Assembly: GCA_964057225.1 (NCBI GenBank)
Contig: OZ059897.1
Span: forward strand, 12,772,001 to 12,836,000
Source of the DNA: Auanema rhodensis
Lineage: Eukaryota > Animalia > Nematoda
Direction of reading: 5' to 3'
DNA length: 64,000 bases
Within the stretch, counting starts at the first letter, position 1. Every line of letters begins with the position of its first letter. The translations under genes and the position numbers were made by a program. Positions 12,331-25,318 of this stretch are shown one piece after another. The notes beneath the pieces are model-generated. The model saw only the letters and a program-made list of their open reading frames with translations, ran no database searches and was not told where the DNA came from.

Positions 12331-15300
12331 ACCTACTTGTGCATGTGACGGAATGCTTATTTCTTTCTTGTCATCTCTTGTAATAATTGTATCTCTTTCA
12401 ATCTTTCTATTTCTGCTCCATGCTGCTCGCTGAATAATTTTTTTTTATAATAATTATTGTCGTTTCTTTGTAATTGTTTTCTCGCATACTGGTATATTAA
12501 TGCTGTTTGTTTTTTATATTTTGTATATCGTATGAAACCTTACTGCCACTACTTATGGGATATTTTAAAGAAAATAAATTATCCTAATACTTTTTTAACA
12601 TTTATTATTTTAATATAATTTATTATTACAAATATGAATAATTGAATTATAGTACTTGAATCAGTGAACAAAAGTTCACAAATATTTAAAATACACAAAC
12701 CCATGACGATCCGTCTACAAATTATTTTTCATTTTGTTTCATATTTTTTGAAAAAAATATAAGTTATTATATGAATAAGAGTTGAATAACTAATTTATAA
12801 AAATAAATTATATTGTCATATCTTATGAACTAAACTGTTTTTTTTTCAATTCATCTTCTATTTCATCATGTATTTACATGAAATTTGACGATTGCTTGTC
12901 AACAATTTCTTGTTCAAATCTAAATAAATTTACTTTTTGAAGCTTCGTAGGCATTGTTCTTTCTGCTAGCAAAAGCTGCATTGAGTCAACTGATGCTCCT
13001 ATTTAATCATTATTTAAATATTAGAATAATATAAAAAAACATTTATTCATATCATATAGTTAACCAAATAAAAAAATCTTTTCTTGTATTCATCAAATTA
13101 AAAAAAAAGTTAAAATAAAACTTTTATCCCTATTTAATTACTTTTATAACATTTGTAATCATCTAAATAACGTAACGTTTAATTAGAAAATGAAAACGCT
13201 ATTAACCCTTCTATTCATTTAAAAGGACAGCATTTTCAAAATGTTACCACACATACTATAGTATATGCACACAATTATGCTTGAAATCATAAAAATTTAT
13301 TTATTTTTAACTCAAATATTTTTGTTTTTTTTCTTCTTTAATCTCAATTTGTCTTATATGCCTCTAATGATCTTGAGAACAGACTTTCGTCCTTTACACT
13401 GCTTAAACTTCATCCTCGAACTCACTGCTCATGTGATCTTTGAACTCTCTCATTTCTTTTCTAACTCCCTCTCTACTCTTCTGTTTCCTCATTAAAATCT
13501 TTTTCATATTTCTAAAATATTATCCCTCGCAATGATTTTAGCGTGAATACCTAATCCGTTTCTTATCAATCACGCCTTCATTGAAATCCTTGAACTTTTC
13601 GCTTAGATGACACTTCATCTTATTTAAGTTGTCAAACCTTTTATCCTTATGTACTACTCACATTTAGTTTTTCATTTCTTTTTCTTCCTCTTTCTCAACT
13701 TCTCTGACCTTCCCTCTTTATCCATCTTCTACTTATTTCCTTCATCTCTAAATATACATACATGTGCAAACATATATATAGAAAGAAATTCTAATTCTCT
13801 AATTTTTCCAGTGTTTGGTTTTGTATGTTTTATTATGTCTGAATGATTTTTCTCATTATGTAGACAAAACAATTCTTTTTTCTAAATCTGTCTACATAGT
13901 ATTCATGTACATAACTATATGATTTATAAAATTATCATCAAATATATAATATATATTTTACGTTGAATCCTTTTTTTTTCACATTTGAATTCATTGAACT
14001 GATGATCAATTACGTTACGAGTATATTCTAGATCAAATGATACATAAGGAAATTGAGTTTGAATTAAGCTAAACAACTAATTAAACTTTTGTCTGTTAGA
14101 AATGCCCCAAAACTTCAAATACTACATTTAGTTTTTTTTTTCACAAACTTAAGACTGCAATATTTATATTTATATTGACATATATAGATATATAGATATA
14201 TAGATATATGAAGAACATGAAAAAAACGATATACAACTTGAGGAAACATGTTTAAAAAGCTTCAGGCGGATATCCCATAAGGCTAGTCTATTTTGAAGGC
14301 AATTTCGTTCATGAATTACAAAACGTAGGCTTAGCGTCACTCTTGTAAGAAAAATTTTGTCAAAAAGAAAGAAATTTTCTGTTTCAATCATTCAGTTGTG
14401 CACCATCAGTCTAGCATGCATAGTAGTATCATTATTATTTCATTTCTTTCAGAAAATAAAAAAAATCTCCTTAAAAAATTTTTTTGCTCTTACCATAACA
14501 GCTTCACATATATTCATGTTGTTAATATTGTTTTCTTGTCAATCTTTTGACGGAAAACTGTCTTGACTGAGTTTGAGGAAACGTATAAATTTCTTGAAAC
14601 TGAATTGAATGAGAAATGTTCTTCATATATTAGAATCTCCACTAAATTTTCGAAATGTCATTCTGTCGGATTCCAGCTGGATTGTATCCTCTCTCGAAAG
14701 TTTTATTGAACTATTAACATAAGTTGAAGAAATAAAAAACGTTAGATGATCTATGTATGTATGCATGTATATTTGTATTTAAGATGAAATCTAATGAATT
14801 CACATACATATAAGCATAAACATAGACGTATAGATAGATAGATAGATACGTATATCTATCACAAACTGTTCTAAATTTTAAATTACATGTTATATCAACG
14901 ACATTTGTTCATCTTAAGTGTTTAAGTTTGAACTCACGCTTTATCTATGACCTCAATATGTTCTTGATTTCTGTTGTATAGTGAAATTTATTTCAGATTA
15001 AAAATTACTTATCAATCAAATTAAAGTTTTAGGCAAAAAGTGATGTTCTAAACACATGATGCTTCACAGAGTATTTGGCTTCACAAATTGCTTTCTCCCA
15101 TTCACTTACACATTTGTTCTTCTATCTATTTTTTGTCGTAAATGATGATGACATTTCTTCAATATCATTCTCTTCAAATCTTTTTTTATCTCTTTTGTTT
15201 TTTCTCTCACTCTTCCTAACATAAAGATATCTTTCAATGATGTTTATCGTTATCACCTCATTCATTGCAAAGTTTTAAAATAGAATTTTATTTCAATACA

Positions 15301-15679
15301 CTTTTTTTTTGGAATTTAATCAGATGAAACATCACTGGACAAACGTTTCCAACCTCTACTTAAGGTTTAACTTCTTATTGTTACTCAGCCTTTTTTATTA
15401 AGCAACTCAAGAATGAATCGTAGAAAAAGCAGATTGACCTGCTTCGCAAAACACAAAAAACCCTTTTAAGCCTGTTGAGTGAAAGTAATTTTCCGTCTTC
15501 CTCATCAACTTTATTCATTTTTTAAAAAATATTTTTCTTCTGAATTATATAGTGATGAATAACGTCATGCAATTACAATTTTTATTTTTTAAATAAATAA
15601 TTTCTTCAAATTACTTTAAACTTCGTTAAAGTTAATCAAGTTGTTCCTTATTTGACAAAAGCTATATAAGAACTGTTTA

Positions 15680-15754
15680 AGTTTAAAAACAATCTGCTTG
15701 AAGAAAAAGAGCTGCTTTCAACCTTTTTTTCTTCAAGCAGATTGTTTTTAAACT
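15680..15754. repeat. Perfect 29-bp inverted repeat with 17-nt loop
   Basis: AGTTTAAAAACAATCTGCTTGAAGAAAAA (15680-15708) and its exact reverse complement (15726-15754). Confidence 0.9.
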
Positions 15755-16664
15755 AAGAAAAACTAAAAAAATATCTTCAACAGTTATAGTCATAAAAATG
15801 AAAATGATGACTAATTTTCTTAGCATTCATTTATAATTAAATGAATATTAATAGTTTTGTTATTTATTAGTTTTATTAACAATTTACTAATATCATAGTT
15901 AATATTTTTTAAATTTCCTTTCTTTTTCAGTTCATTTTCATCTTCATCTTTATCTGAACTTTATTTTATTCTTTCAGCATATCCCTCAAATATTTTTTCT
16001 TGTTATTTAAGGATATTTTCTAATATTTTCAATGATCAACTATACAAATACATATGTATATTGGACCAAAAAACATCTCACGCAACCTTTTTTTACACAA
16101 TAATGATTTTTACCGTAATTTCTGACCACTTGAATTCAATATAATTTTTTGGAGCAAAATATACTGTACATTTATATATCTATGTTTACTTTATTATTGA
16201 AATCATCGAAATATGAAAAAATAGCCAAAAAGCCGTAACAGAATATATGAAGGATATAACATGATCCATTTTTGGACTTCTCCAAAATTTTAAGTTAATA
16301 TAAAATGGCAAATTTTCTCTGCAACTCTCAAATATTTATCATATTTTCTTCTAGATTGCATATTTTTCTCTCTTACTCTTTTTTCTCTTTCTTTTCTCAC
16401 TTTTCTTTCCTCTTATCCCTCCCCCTTTCAACTCTTTAATCGTAACCTTTTTTGGTCATATTTTATACTAACATACTTATAACTCAACGTCTTTATAAAA
16501 TTATTTTAATATGCATTTTTATTCTTTTTTTTTCACATTTTTTAAAATTACAAATAAATATTTCGTACGATAATTGTGTTATCAAATTTATTTTTATATA
16601 CATCATTAGTTTATAACATATTTTTTCAGTTTTTTTATTGGGCGTGTCATTGTCTCTATATCTC

Positions 16665-19600
16665 ATGATTAACTCATTTTATCGTTCTCTGCTACTATTT
16701 CTTCTGGTAACCTACCAATTTCAACAGACAGGTACGTTCAGTCTTTTTCTCTTTTTCTCTTCCTCTCTCTCTCTCTCTCTCTCAATCTTACCCTCCTTTG
16801 CCCTCTTTTTCTCGCTTTATTTTTCTCTTCTTTTACTCTTCTCTCTAGATCTCTCACAATCTATTCTCTCTTCATATTGTTATTCTCTTGCCACACTCTC
16901 TTCCCACCTCTGCGAAAAGCGGTCTCTTCAATTTTCTCTATCTCTCTAATTCTCTGCCCTTCCTTCTAGTTTTTTTTTCTCTCACTTCTTAGTATTCTCT
17001 TTCTCCGTTTGGCTTACCACCCCCCCCCACTCTCCCAGACTTCCGTTCTTCGTCCCTCCTTCGTCGGTTGCTTTGGCTGGCATATCAACAGACCTTCTAA
17101 CTAACCCTTCACCTTCAAAACTTAAAAATATTTTTCTTAGCAACGAGCATCACTAGCGAAAAGATAACCATAAGTAATTGGTTAAAAATCAAACTGAACA
17201 CCTTATCAACTATGTAATAACAATTCAATGTTCTTACATATTTTACTTCTTCTTACTATACATTTTGCACAAACGGTGTCTTCATTCGTTCAGAGCCATA
17301 ACGTTTCTGGTGAGTTTTCTTCTTTCAAGTTTATTAGTAAATTTTGATCTGTTTTCCAAATATTTCTGTTTTGTTTTTTATGAAACAATTTAGTTTGCTT
17401 TTCCTGCTCTTGTAACCGTTTTAACGATGATGATATGAGTTAATTCATTGAATTTAAATTTTCTTTTTTCTGTCTACAAACAGATGAAATACGTTTTGAT
17501 GGAGCCAAATGAACTACTATAACTTAACTTCCAAACTCTACATTCCAAATTATTTTTTTGTCAAAAAAAAAAAAATTTTTACTCAGTCAGTACTCTGTTT
17601 TCAGAAACTCAGGATGCACCGGATGTTCCAGAGCATTATGTCATAGCCGATTATATTCTTTCCAAATACGATAGGGGTTATATTCCTAAGAAACTTCGAA
17701 ATGAATCAATTCGTATTTCATTTTCAATGGAGCTCTATCAAATTATTCAAGTTGTATGTTCCTTTTCATTTATATTTTGTCTGATTGATGAACCTAAAAT
17801 AAGAAAAATTTTTTCTATTTTTCTTCGTATAATGAAAATAACGATATTACAAGTTAATAAGTATATAATATTCTAATTATAGAAAAATATTGAATATTCT
17901 ATGAAAATCGATAGTGTTTACAATAATTTTTTTGTTTTGTTTTTAATTTTTTTAATGAAAATATATGCTTATGATTCTGCTTTTTTACCCTTTTTTTCTA
18001 GTTTTATGTTTTTTTCAACCATATTATTATCTATTCTCATTAGGAAAATTTATCAGAAAATCGAGAAATAATGTCAAGTTTTCTAAAATTTCTAATCATT
18101 AAAAGCTTGAGTAATTGAACAATTCTTGTTTTCTAATATAGTGCCGTGTCACGAACATTAATATGTTTCATTCAAATATTATATTTATAACTAATTAATT
18201 TATATCAAAAATTAATAATATTTATATATTTATATAATATAATATCTATATATATATATATTCTTTATATAATAATATATCTTCACACATACATATATGT
18301 ATATATATACTTTATGTTAGATATACTTAACTCTCTCTCTCTCTCTCTCTGATTTTTTTCATTAGTCAACAATCTAAGCAGAATATGTAAAGGTTGTTGA
18401 AGTAGAAATCAGAGTTCCGGCACAATTTTGCTGAAGTAATATGCTGAATCTAATGGGTATTTGGTGACAATCAGTCATAAAAAAGACATTCTTAAATTTC
18501 TATTTTTTTTGTAAAATAGACAGAAAAGCAAAGCTTGAGAAACAAATGACACAAAACCACTAATTGGTGTTTACTTTTCACTATATTAATATAATATATA
18601 GACTTAATGTTATAACATAAATAATATTTTTATATTTCTAATATACTTTATTGTAAATTAAAAAATTGTCTTTCTAGTTATTAATCATTATTTTTACTCT
18701 TTTAGAATGAACCTCAACAATACTTGATGCTGAACGCATGGATTGTAGAGGTAATCACTACATAGTGCATTCAGTCACTGTATTCAGCTTCAAAATATAT
18801 TTTCATTAAAATATTTGATGCAGTCACTTCAAAAATATGTTTTTCAGAGATGGGTTGATAATCTTCTCGGTTGGGATCCAGAAGATTTTTCAAATTTAAC
18901 AGAAATTATGATACCCTATGATCGTATATGGATACCAGATACAACATTGTATAATGCGTAAGACTTTTTAAAAAAAAACATGTAATAGTAGTCTATACTA
19001 TTGAATATTTATAGATTAGTTATGGATGATTCAAATACTAGAAGATTGATGAATGCTAAATTAACGACAAGAGGAAAAGATAAAGGAGCATTAGTTGAGC
19101 TGCTATATCCAACTATTTACAAACTTAGTTGTCTATTGGACTTGAGGTGCATTACGAGATTTCTTCTCTACTAAAATACGTATTTCAGATTTTTCCCATT
19201 TGACTTGCAGGTCAGGCTTGAATTGTTTAAGCTTTTCAAATAAATTAAAAAAGTGAAAGTTTATATAGAGCAAAAAAAAATTAATGAAATACATAAGATG
19301 TAATCCGTCTGAGTAATCTTATTGTATACCCATGAATGAATTGAAAATTGACTTTTAGAGACTTGTCCCAAACATTTAATGATCTATGAGCTTGAATTAG
19401 AAATACTCAGATATATAAGTTACAAAAAGCATTGAGGGAACAAATTTTGGAAAATGAAAAAAATCAGAAATTTTAAGAAAAAAGAAAACTTAGAAAGACC
19501 AAAAAATAAACTAATTTCATTTAAGAAATGTAAATTAACCTTTGGAAGTTGGACATTTGATAATACACTAATTGATTATTTTCCTTATAATGTTTCTCAT

Positions 19601-21269
19601 GCTATCGGAACTACAAATTGTATAGAAAATGAAGGATGGAATGTATTATCTACATATGGTTAATGAATTTAAAAATATATATAAAATAACTTGATATATG
19701 TATTTTTAGTTGAACGACATGTAAACAAATATGATTGTTGTCCAAACAATTATACTTTATTAGAATTCCATTTACGTATTCAAAGAAAACCATTATATTA
19801 TATTATTAATCTAATTACACCAACATCTATCATCACACTCATTTCAATTGTTGGATTTTTCAGGTTTTTTTTAGAAAAAAAATTTCCAATTTAATAAATA
19901 AACTGAATTATAGTTCATCTTCTATAAATGAACTAAGAGAAGAAAAGATAACTCTTGGAATAACAACTCTATTATCTATGTCAATTCTTATTTTCATGGT
20001 TTCTGATAAAATGCCATCAACTTCATCATTTATTCCATTAATCGGTATAATTAAACTTTATTTTTATAAATAGTCTTATGCTGCAAATCTAGGTTGGTTT
20101 TATACGAGTATGATACTGCTTATTTCATTTTCCACATTAGCTGCATCTATGGTTATTTATATTCAGAAACAAGGTTAATTATCTTATTTTTAAATGAAAA
20201 TGTAACCATAATTTTATTTTTTCTCTAGGTATTTTGGGTAAACCACCAGCGAAAAAAACTATGATGTGGGCTAGATGGATAGCAAAATTTGTTCGAATGG
20301 AAATGCCTTTGCTCATGAAGCAAGCATATGCTCAAAAAGCTAGAGTAAGAAAAACAATATTTAACTTGTCTTTCATTCTGAACATTAGGAGGAAAAACTG
20401 CGAAGAGCTCAAGAAGGTCGCAAACAAAGTCTCTGGCAAAGAGTTTACAAAGTAGCTAGAGAACAAGCTGTTGCTCGTAAGGTATTTTATTAGCTTTCCT
20501 TATACTTTTCATAAAAAACCAAATTTAAAGCAATCTGCTTCATCGGGTAAGATCAATGGAATATCTCCTGACATGCACAAATTGGAAGTACCGAATCGAA
20601 AAGCATGTACTATAAGTCCGGATGTATCAGTATGCCAGCCAGGTTTGTAAGAAAAAAATAGAATATTTATAGAATATCCTTGAAAATGTTTTATTTAATT
20701 TTATATACACATACACATACATGTATATATTGTTTTTAGAAATATCATTTGTATCTTCTATATCTTTGTGCATTTCTGATATTTCTGATAATTCTGATAT
20801 TTCTGATAATTCTGATATTTCTGATATTTCAGTTGAAACACAACTGGAATTTTCTACAAATTCTGATGATGAAAATACTTCATTTACTGAAGCTGAGTAT
20901 TTACCTCCTCCACCAGTTACAAAATTCCACGTTAGAGTTGCAGTTTATTTTCTTTTTCTTCCTAACAATACAAAATTTCAGAATAAGTTAAGTAATTCTT
21001 GTGCGAGCTTTGACAGTGTTCTACGGAATGTTGACGGTAATTACTGAGAGAACAGCTCTTTTACGTTTTCAATGAAAATAATTTCAGTATTATCTCCTCG
21101 AACGCAGCAAAGAAACTTAGCTGAACTTGAATTTGATTGGTTAGCAGCAGTTGTTGAACGTATATTCCTTATATTATTTTTAATAATTTTTGCACTCACT
21201 TCTGTTGGAATCAATTTAGTAGGGCTTTATTACTGGTGGTTTGCTTTGGATTATAATTACAGTCTTTAA
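16665..21269 (+). CDS. mptl-1: DEG-3-subfamily nAChR subunit, MPTL-1 ortholog (ACR-20/ACR-23 group; monepantel target), 16 exons
   Basis: Translation includes DVPEHYVIADYILSKYDRGYIPKKLRNESIRISFSMELYQIIQVNEPQQYLMLNAWIVERWVDNLLGWDPE, NAKLTTRGKDKGALVELLYPTIYKLSCLLDLRFFPFD, YDCCPNNYTLLEFHL, MEMPLLMKQAYAQKAREEKLRRAQEGRKQSLWQRVY and QRNLAELEFDWLAAVVERIF. As recalled, this matches Haemonchus contortus MPTL-1 much more closely than C. elegans ACR-23. Confidence 0.88.
20773..20830 (+). repeat. 9-bp tandem repeat (TCTGATAWT, about 6 copies) at an mptl-1 3' splice site
   Basis: tttctgatatttctgataattctgatatttctgataattctgatatttctgatatttc lies directly before the AG at 20831-20832. Confidence 0.9.
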
Positions 21270-21781
21270 TTTCATTTTTTATATGTATTATTTGTTAAAA
21301 TAGAATTTTTTATTAATATTTTCTTTCTCGAAAATATTTTTCCAATATGTTTTATATCATGAGCTTAATGTATCTGGTGAATATGTATCATCATTTATTA
21401 ATCTAATAGCTTGCTTATGATGTGTATAAATATTTATTTATATATTATATATTAAATAATTTTATAAAAAAATTCCGAGTTGTCTTTACGCATTACTATA
21501 TTTCAAAAACATTTGAAGGTCTGTATAATAATAGTCTTATGACGATCTTAAATGTATGCATTCCAGCATTAGGTGACAGAACAGAATATGCTTTTATTAA
21601 TTATATTAATTATATGTGTTGTTACTGTTCATGATAAAATATATATTCAAAAAATTATAAATATTATATTTAATATTTTATTTTTATTTTAAAAAAATTT
21701 AATTTTTCCTATAAACATTTCTTGTTGTTTTTAATTTTTTTGAATTATTTTCCATTTAAAATAATTTTAGAAAATTTGATT

Positions 21782-22618
21782 ATGACAAGAATAGTTATAA
21801 CTGGATTTGGACCATTTGGCAGTTATGCTAGTAATCCTTCTTCAGATGTTATTGATAAATTGAGTATAGAAAAAATACCAAGTGGGGGATTTTCATGTTT
21901 ACTCGCATATATTTTTTTTTTGAATAAATTTAAGATTTTGACGGAAATTTGACTCTAGAGAAAATGAGTGTTGAATACGATGGTGTGAATGAAACTGTAA
22001 AGAAATTATGGGAAGAAAAAAATCCTGATGTAAGCTTTTCAGTAAAAACTTTTTCCTTAAATATCAACAAAGAATATATGTAAATTTAATTTTTTTTTGT
22101 ATTCTAAATCTATATATTATTTAAAGTTAATTATCCACATCGGAGTTCATCATGTAAGACGCTGCATCAAACTTGAGAAACAATCGTTTAGAGATGGATA
22201 TTGTAGATATGATGTAAAAAGTATTATAACTCTTTTTATATTCTATGAATTCATTTATCATAGATTCGATACCTGGAAATAATCGATGTGGAAACGGTGA
22301 TCAAGAAATTCTAAAAACAACAATTGATTGCGATGCTGTAGCTCAGAAAGTTTCTGAAAGGGTAAATCTTGAAAACGTCTTGATTATATCATCTGAAGAT
22401 CCAGGAAGGTGGAATACTTCATTTCAATTTCAATAAGAAACGAATAGATTTTCAGATATCTTTGTGGATTTTCATATTTCATTTCATTATCACATGATAT
22501 AACAAAATCATTGTTTATACATATACCTGTACCAGAACAAGGCTGTGATCTGAATGACATTACTAAAGCAGTTCAAGAAATTGTCACTGAAATTGTAAAA
22601 ACTCAACTTAAAAAATAA
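21782..22618 (+). CDS. Pyroglutamyl-peptidase I (peptidase C15), 5 exons
   Basis: MTRIVITGFGPFGSYASNPS...LIIHIGVH...IKLEKQ...SEDPGRYLCGFSYFISL...LFIHIP: N-terminal TGFxPF motif and the Glu/Cys/His catalytic triad contexts of PGPEP1. Confidence 0.92.
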
Positions 22619-22837
22619 CTTATTTTTTTGTATAAAAAATAAAAATATTAAACTATTATTCATTTTCTTTATTTTTTCTTTGTAATAAAACATCATTGTA
22701 CTATATTATATATTATATATATCGACCTTACAACTATAATAAGTACATGTATATGCGGAAATGATTAGGAATCGTATGTAAAGTAAACAATATGTGGGTC
22801 TTGGCAATCACCACCAAAATTGGTCATTTATCCCTTC

Positions 22838-25123
22838 ATGAATATGAGGAAAGGTAAGTTCTAACTAGATAATATTCGTATAAAGTTTTAATATTAATTT
22901 AGAGTTTTTTACATTTATGTTTTTTATTTTCTTTGTAACAACTTCTGCATTTGACCAATTGTATGAAGAAACAATTTTTACGGATGATGATCAAACGAAG
23001 GTCAGTCAATTATATATACAAAACTGTATTTCAATATATTTAAATATATATATATATATATATATTTAGTATATATAGTATAATATAATATTACTATATA
23101 TTTATATTTATTAAAAAAAATAGAATAAGCTGAGCTATAGATTGATATGTAATATTTTTTTATTTTTATACTTCTTTTTCACTTATTTCTTTAATAATTT
23201 CTCTTTTTTCATTCTTTTCAAAAATAATATTTCAATCATTTCATCTTTTTCTGTCACCAATGATCGAACGAAACAAATTCGGACAAAGAGCCGATATGAA
23301 GAAAGAGAGGAAAATTGAGAAGAACATGAAATGACGAACTTTGAACCTAAGCTCTATTCAAATAAACTTGATTCTGATCAACAGATTGCAGTCTGACAGT
23401 CTGAGTGCATGACGAGACAATACTTATTCAAATTCTGAACACAAAGTAAATAGATTTGCTCATATTATGGTCTTGACAATGAACATGTATGAGTGCTGTA
23501 CTACAGTACACTATGAAATATATTTGAACTAAATTACTTTATAATGGTTAAATTGATACAAAATAATTATTTTTATTATATATTTATAACTTTAAAATTT
23601 ATTTCATTTTATGTAATTCAATCTTTATATTTTGAAAAAGCACTTAGACGTTTAGCAAACATCAAAAGTCATCAAACAGAATATGAGATCACATCAGAAG
23701 TTGTGAATACAGTGATTTGAAATATGTAAATTCAGAATATTTAAACTCAAATAATTTGATTTGATCTCTATGAACTCTTTCTTCGTTTAAGGAAACTCGT
23801 GATTGGAAAACTCAATGTCGTTTACCTGACTTTACCGCAGCTCTGCCATTACATTTCAGAAGAGAAATGAAAAAAATTTGGGGAGGATTAATAGTGTTGG
23901 GAAGAGGAAAGTGTGAAAGGTCAGACTAATCTTTAAATTAAATTATTTTTATTTGCTTTCAAGGCAAAAACAACAAACAATGAAACTAGTTGAAGAATTT
24001 CCCGAAGATTTGAAACAAAAGGTTTCCTCCTAATGATCTGATATATTTATAAATAAGTTTTTTTATTTATCTTTAAGATAATCAAATGGGAAGAAGAACA
24101 AAGTGATCCGGTTAATAGAATATCGTTCATACATGGATTACCTATGGAACATATTCGTAAATTTACTGAGGTTTATAATAAATATATTATATTGTATTAT
24201 ATAATATTATATAATAATATTATTTGAAGATAATGACAGCTACACAGTCTGTTTCTCAACGATCACAACGCCTTAGAGAATGGGGAAAAGATTTGCTTGA
24301 TTCAACATCTTTAACACAGCTGGAGCAATATATTTTATTTTTAGAAAGAAGAGCTGAAAGATTTAGAGAAAAGGTTTTTTAATTTTTGTTTTTAATATAA
24401 AACTTTTACTTTTCATTCAGATTAAACGTTTGACTCCTGATGCACGTATTGCATTTGAACGTTTACAATCTTTAAAAAGGGAAAGACAACGACTTATTGA
24501 TGGTTTTTCAGAACTTGTTAAGAAAGAGCTTTCAATCCTTTACAGGTTTTAAATAATAATTTAATTATTTATTTCATATCTATAGAACGAAATGTCCTCG
24601 TTATGGAGCAGGAGATGGAGCTGATTTAGATATCTATGAAATGCAGATGGCTTGCAAATCACTTCCCGGTGATAAAACTAAGAGAATAACCACTTCAAAG
24701 CCCACTTCAACAACAACAACTACTACAACAACGACAACGATGGAAACCCCAGTGACCTCAAATGTGGAAAAAATAACAAAATTTGAGGAAATCTATTTTT
24801 CTTCGACACGTCGTCCTTATCAGAATTTGGAAATTGAAGATGAAGCAACGACTGAAAGTCAGTATTCTGCTGTTCTTTTCGCAAATATTTTTTCATCAAC
24901 GTTCTTCATTTCAGCTACTACACGTCGTATTTACCCTAAAGGTTTTGGTGGAGTTCCACAATTAGATAGGAAGAGCAGTTCAGACCCAGAATCAGATACT
25001 TTTTTGGTGGAGAATGAAGAGCATAATCTTCAAACAGACTCGGACCAGAATATGAATGGATATGTTGACAGTGTAGCAATGATCTTACAACGACTTTTCC
25101 CTAGAAATAACTTATATAACTAA
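22838..25123 (+). CDS. Nematode-specific secreted helical protein with Thr-rich tail (tentatively DUF148/SXP-RAL-2-like), about 9 exons
   Basis: Signal-like MNMRKEFFTFMFFIFFVTTSA. Phase-consistent exons give QCRLPDFTAALPLHFRREMKKIW...KCERQK..., SQRLREWGKDLL..., IKRLTPDARIAFERLQSLK..., a poly-Thr run and a C-terminus AMILQRLFPRNNLYN*. The family assignment is pattern-based only. Confidence 0.75.
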
Positions 25124-25318
25124 AATATATTTAATTAATTGTATTGATATATTTAAAATATAATGATTGAATAATAAATAATTTATTTATAAATAATATA
25201 AATTAATAAATATAGTATTGGAATAACAATGCAAATACAGCTTCATCGAAAACGGGATGTGTCTGATTCAGACTACGTTTCGTGTCAGAGTTGCAGAAAA
25301 GCAGAGTATTAGTTATGC

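Noticed and set aside
14210-14710. Protein-like fragments between deg-3 and mptl-1
   Set aside because: Short, interrupted by stops, with no consistent splicing or recognisable family.
23331-23440. C/D-box-like ATGACGA...CTGA pairs in an intron
   Set aside because: Imperfect box C, too short, and no terminal stem or recognisable rRNA guide.
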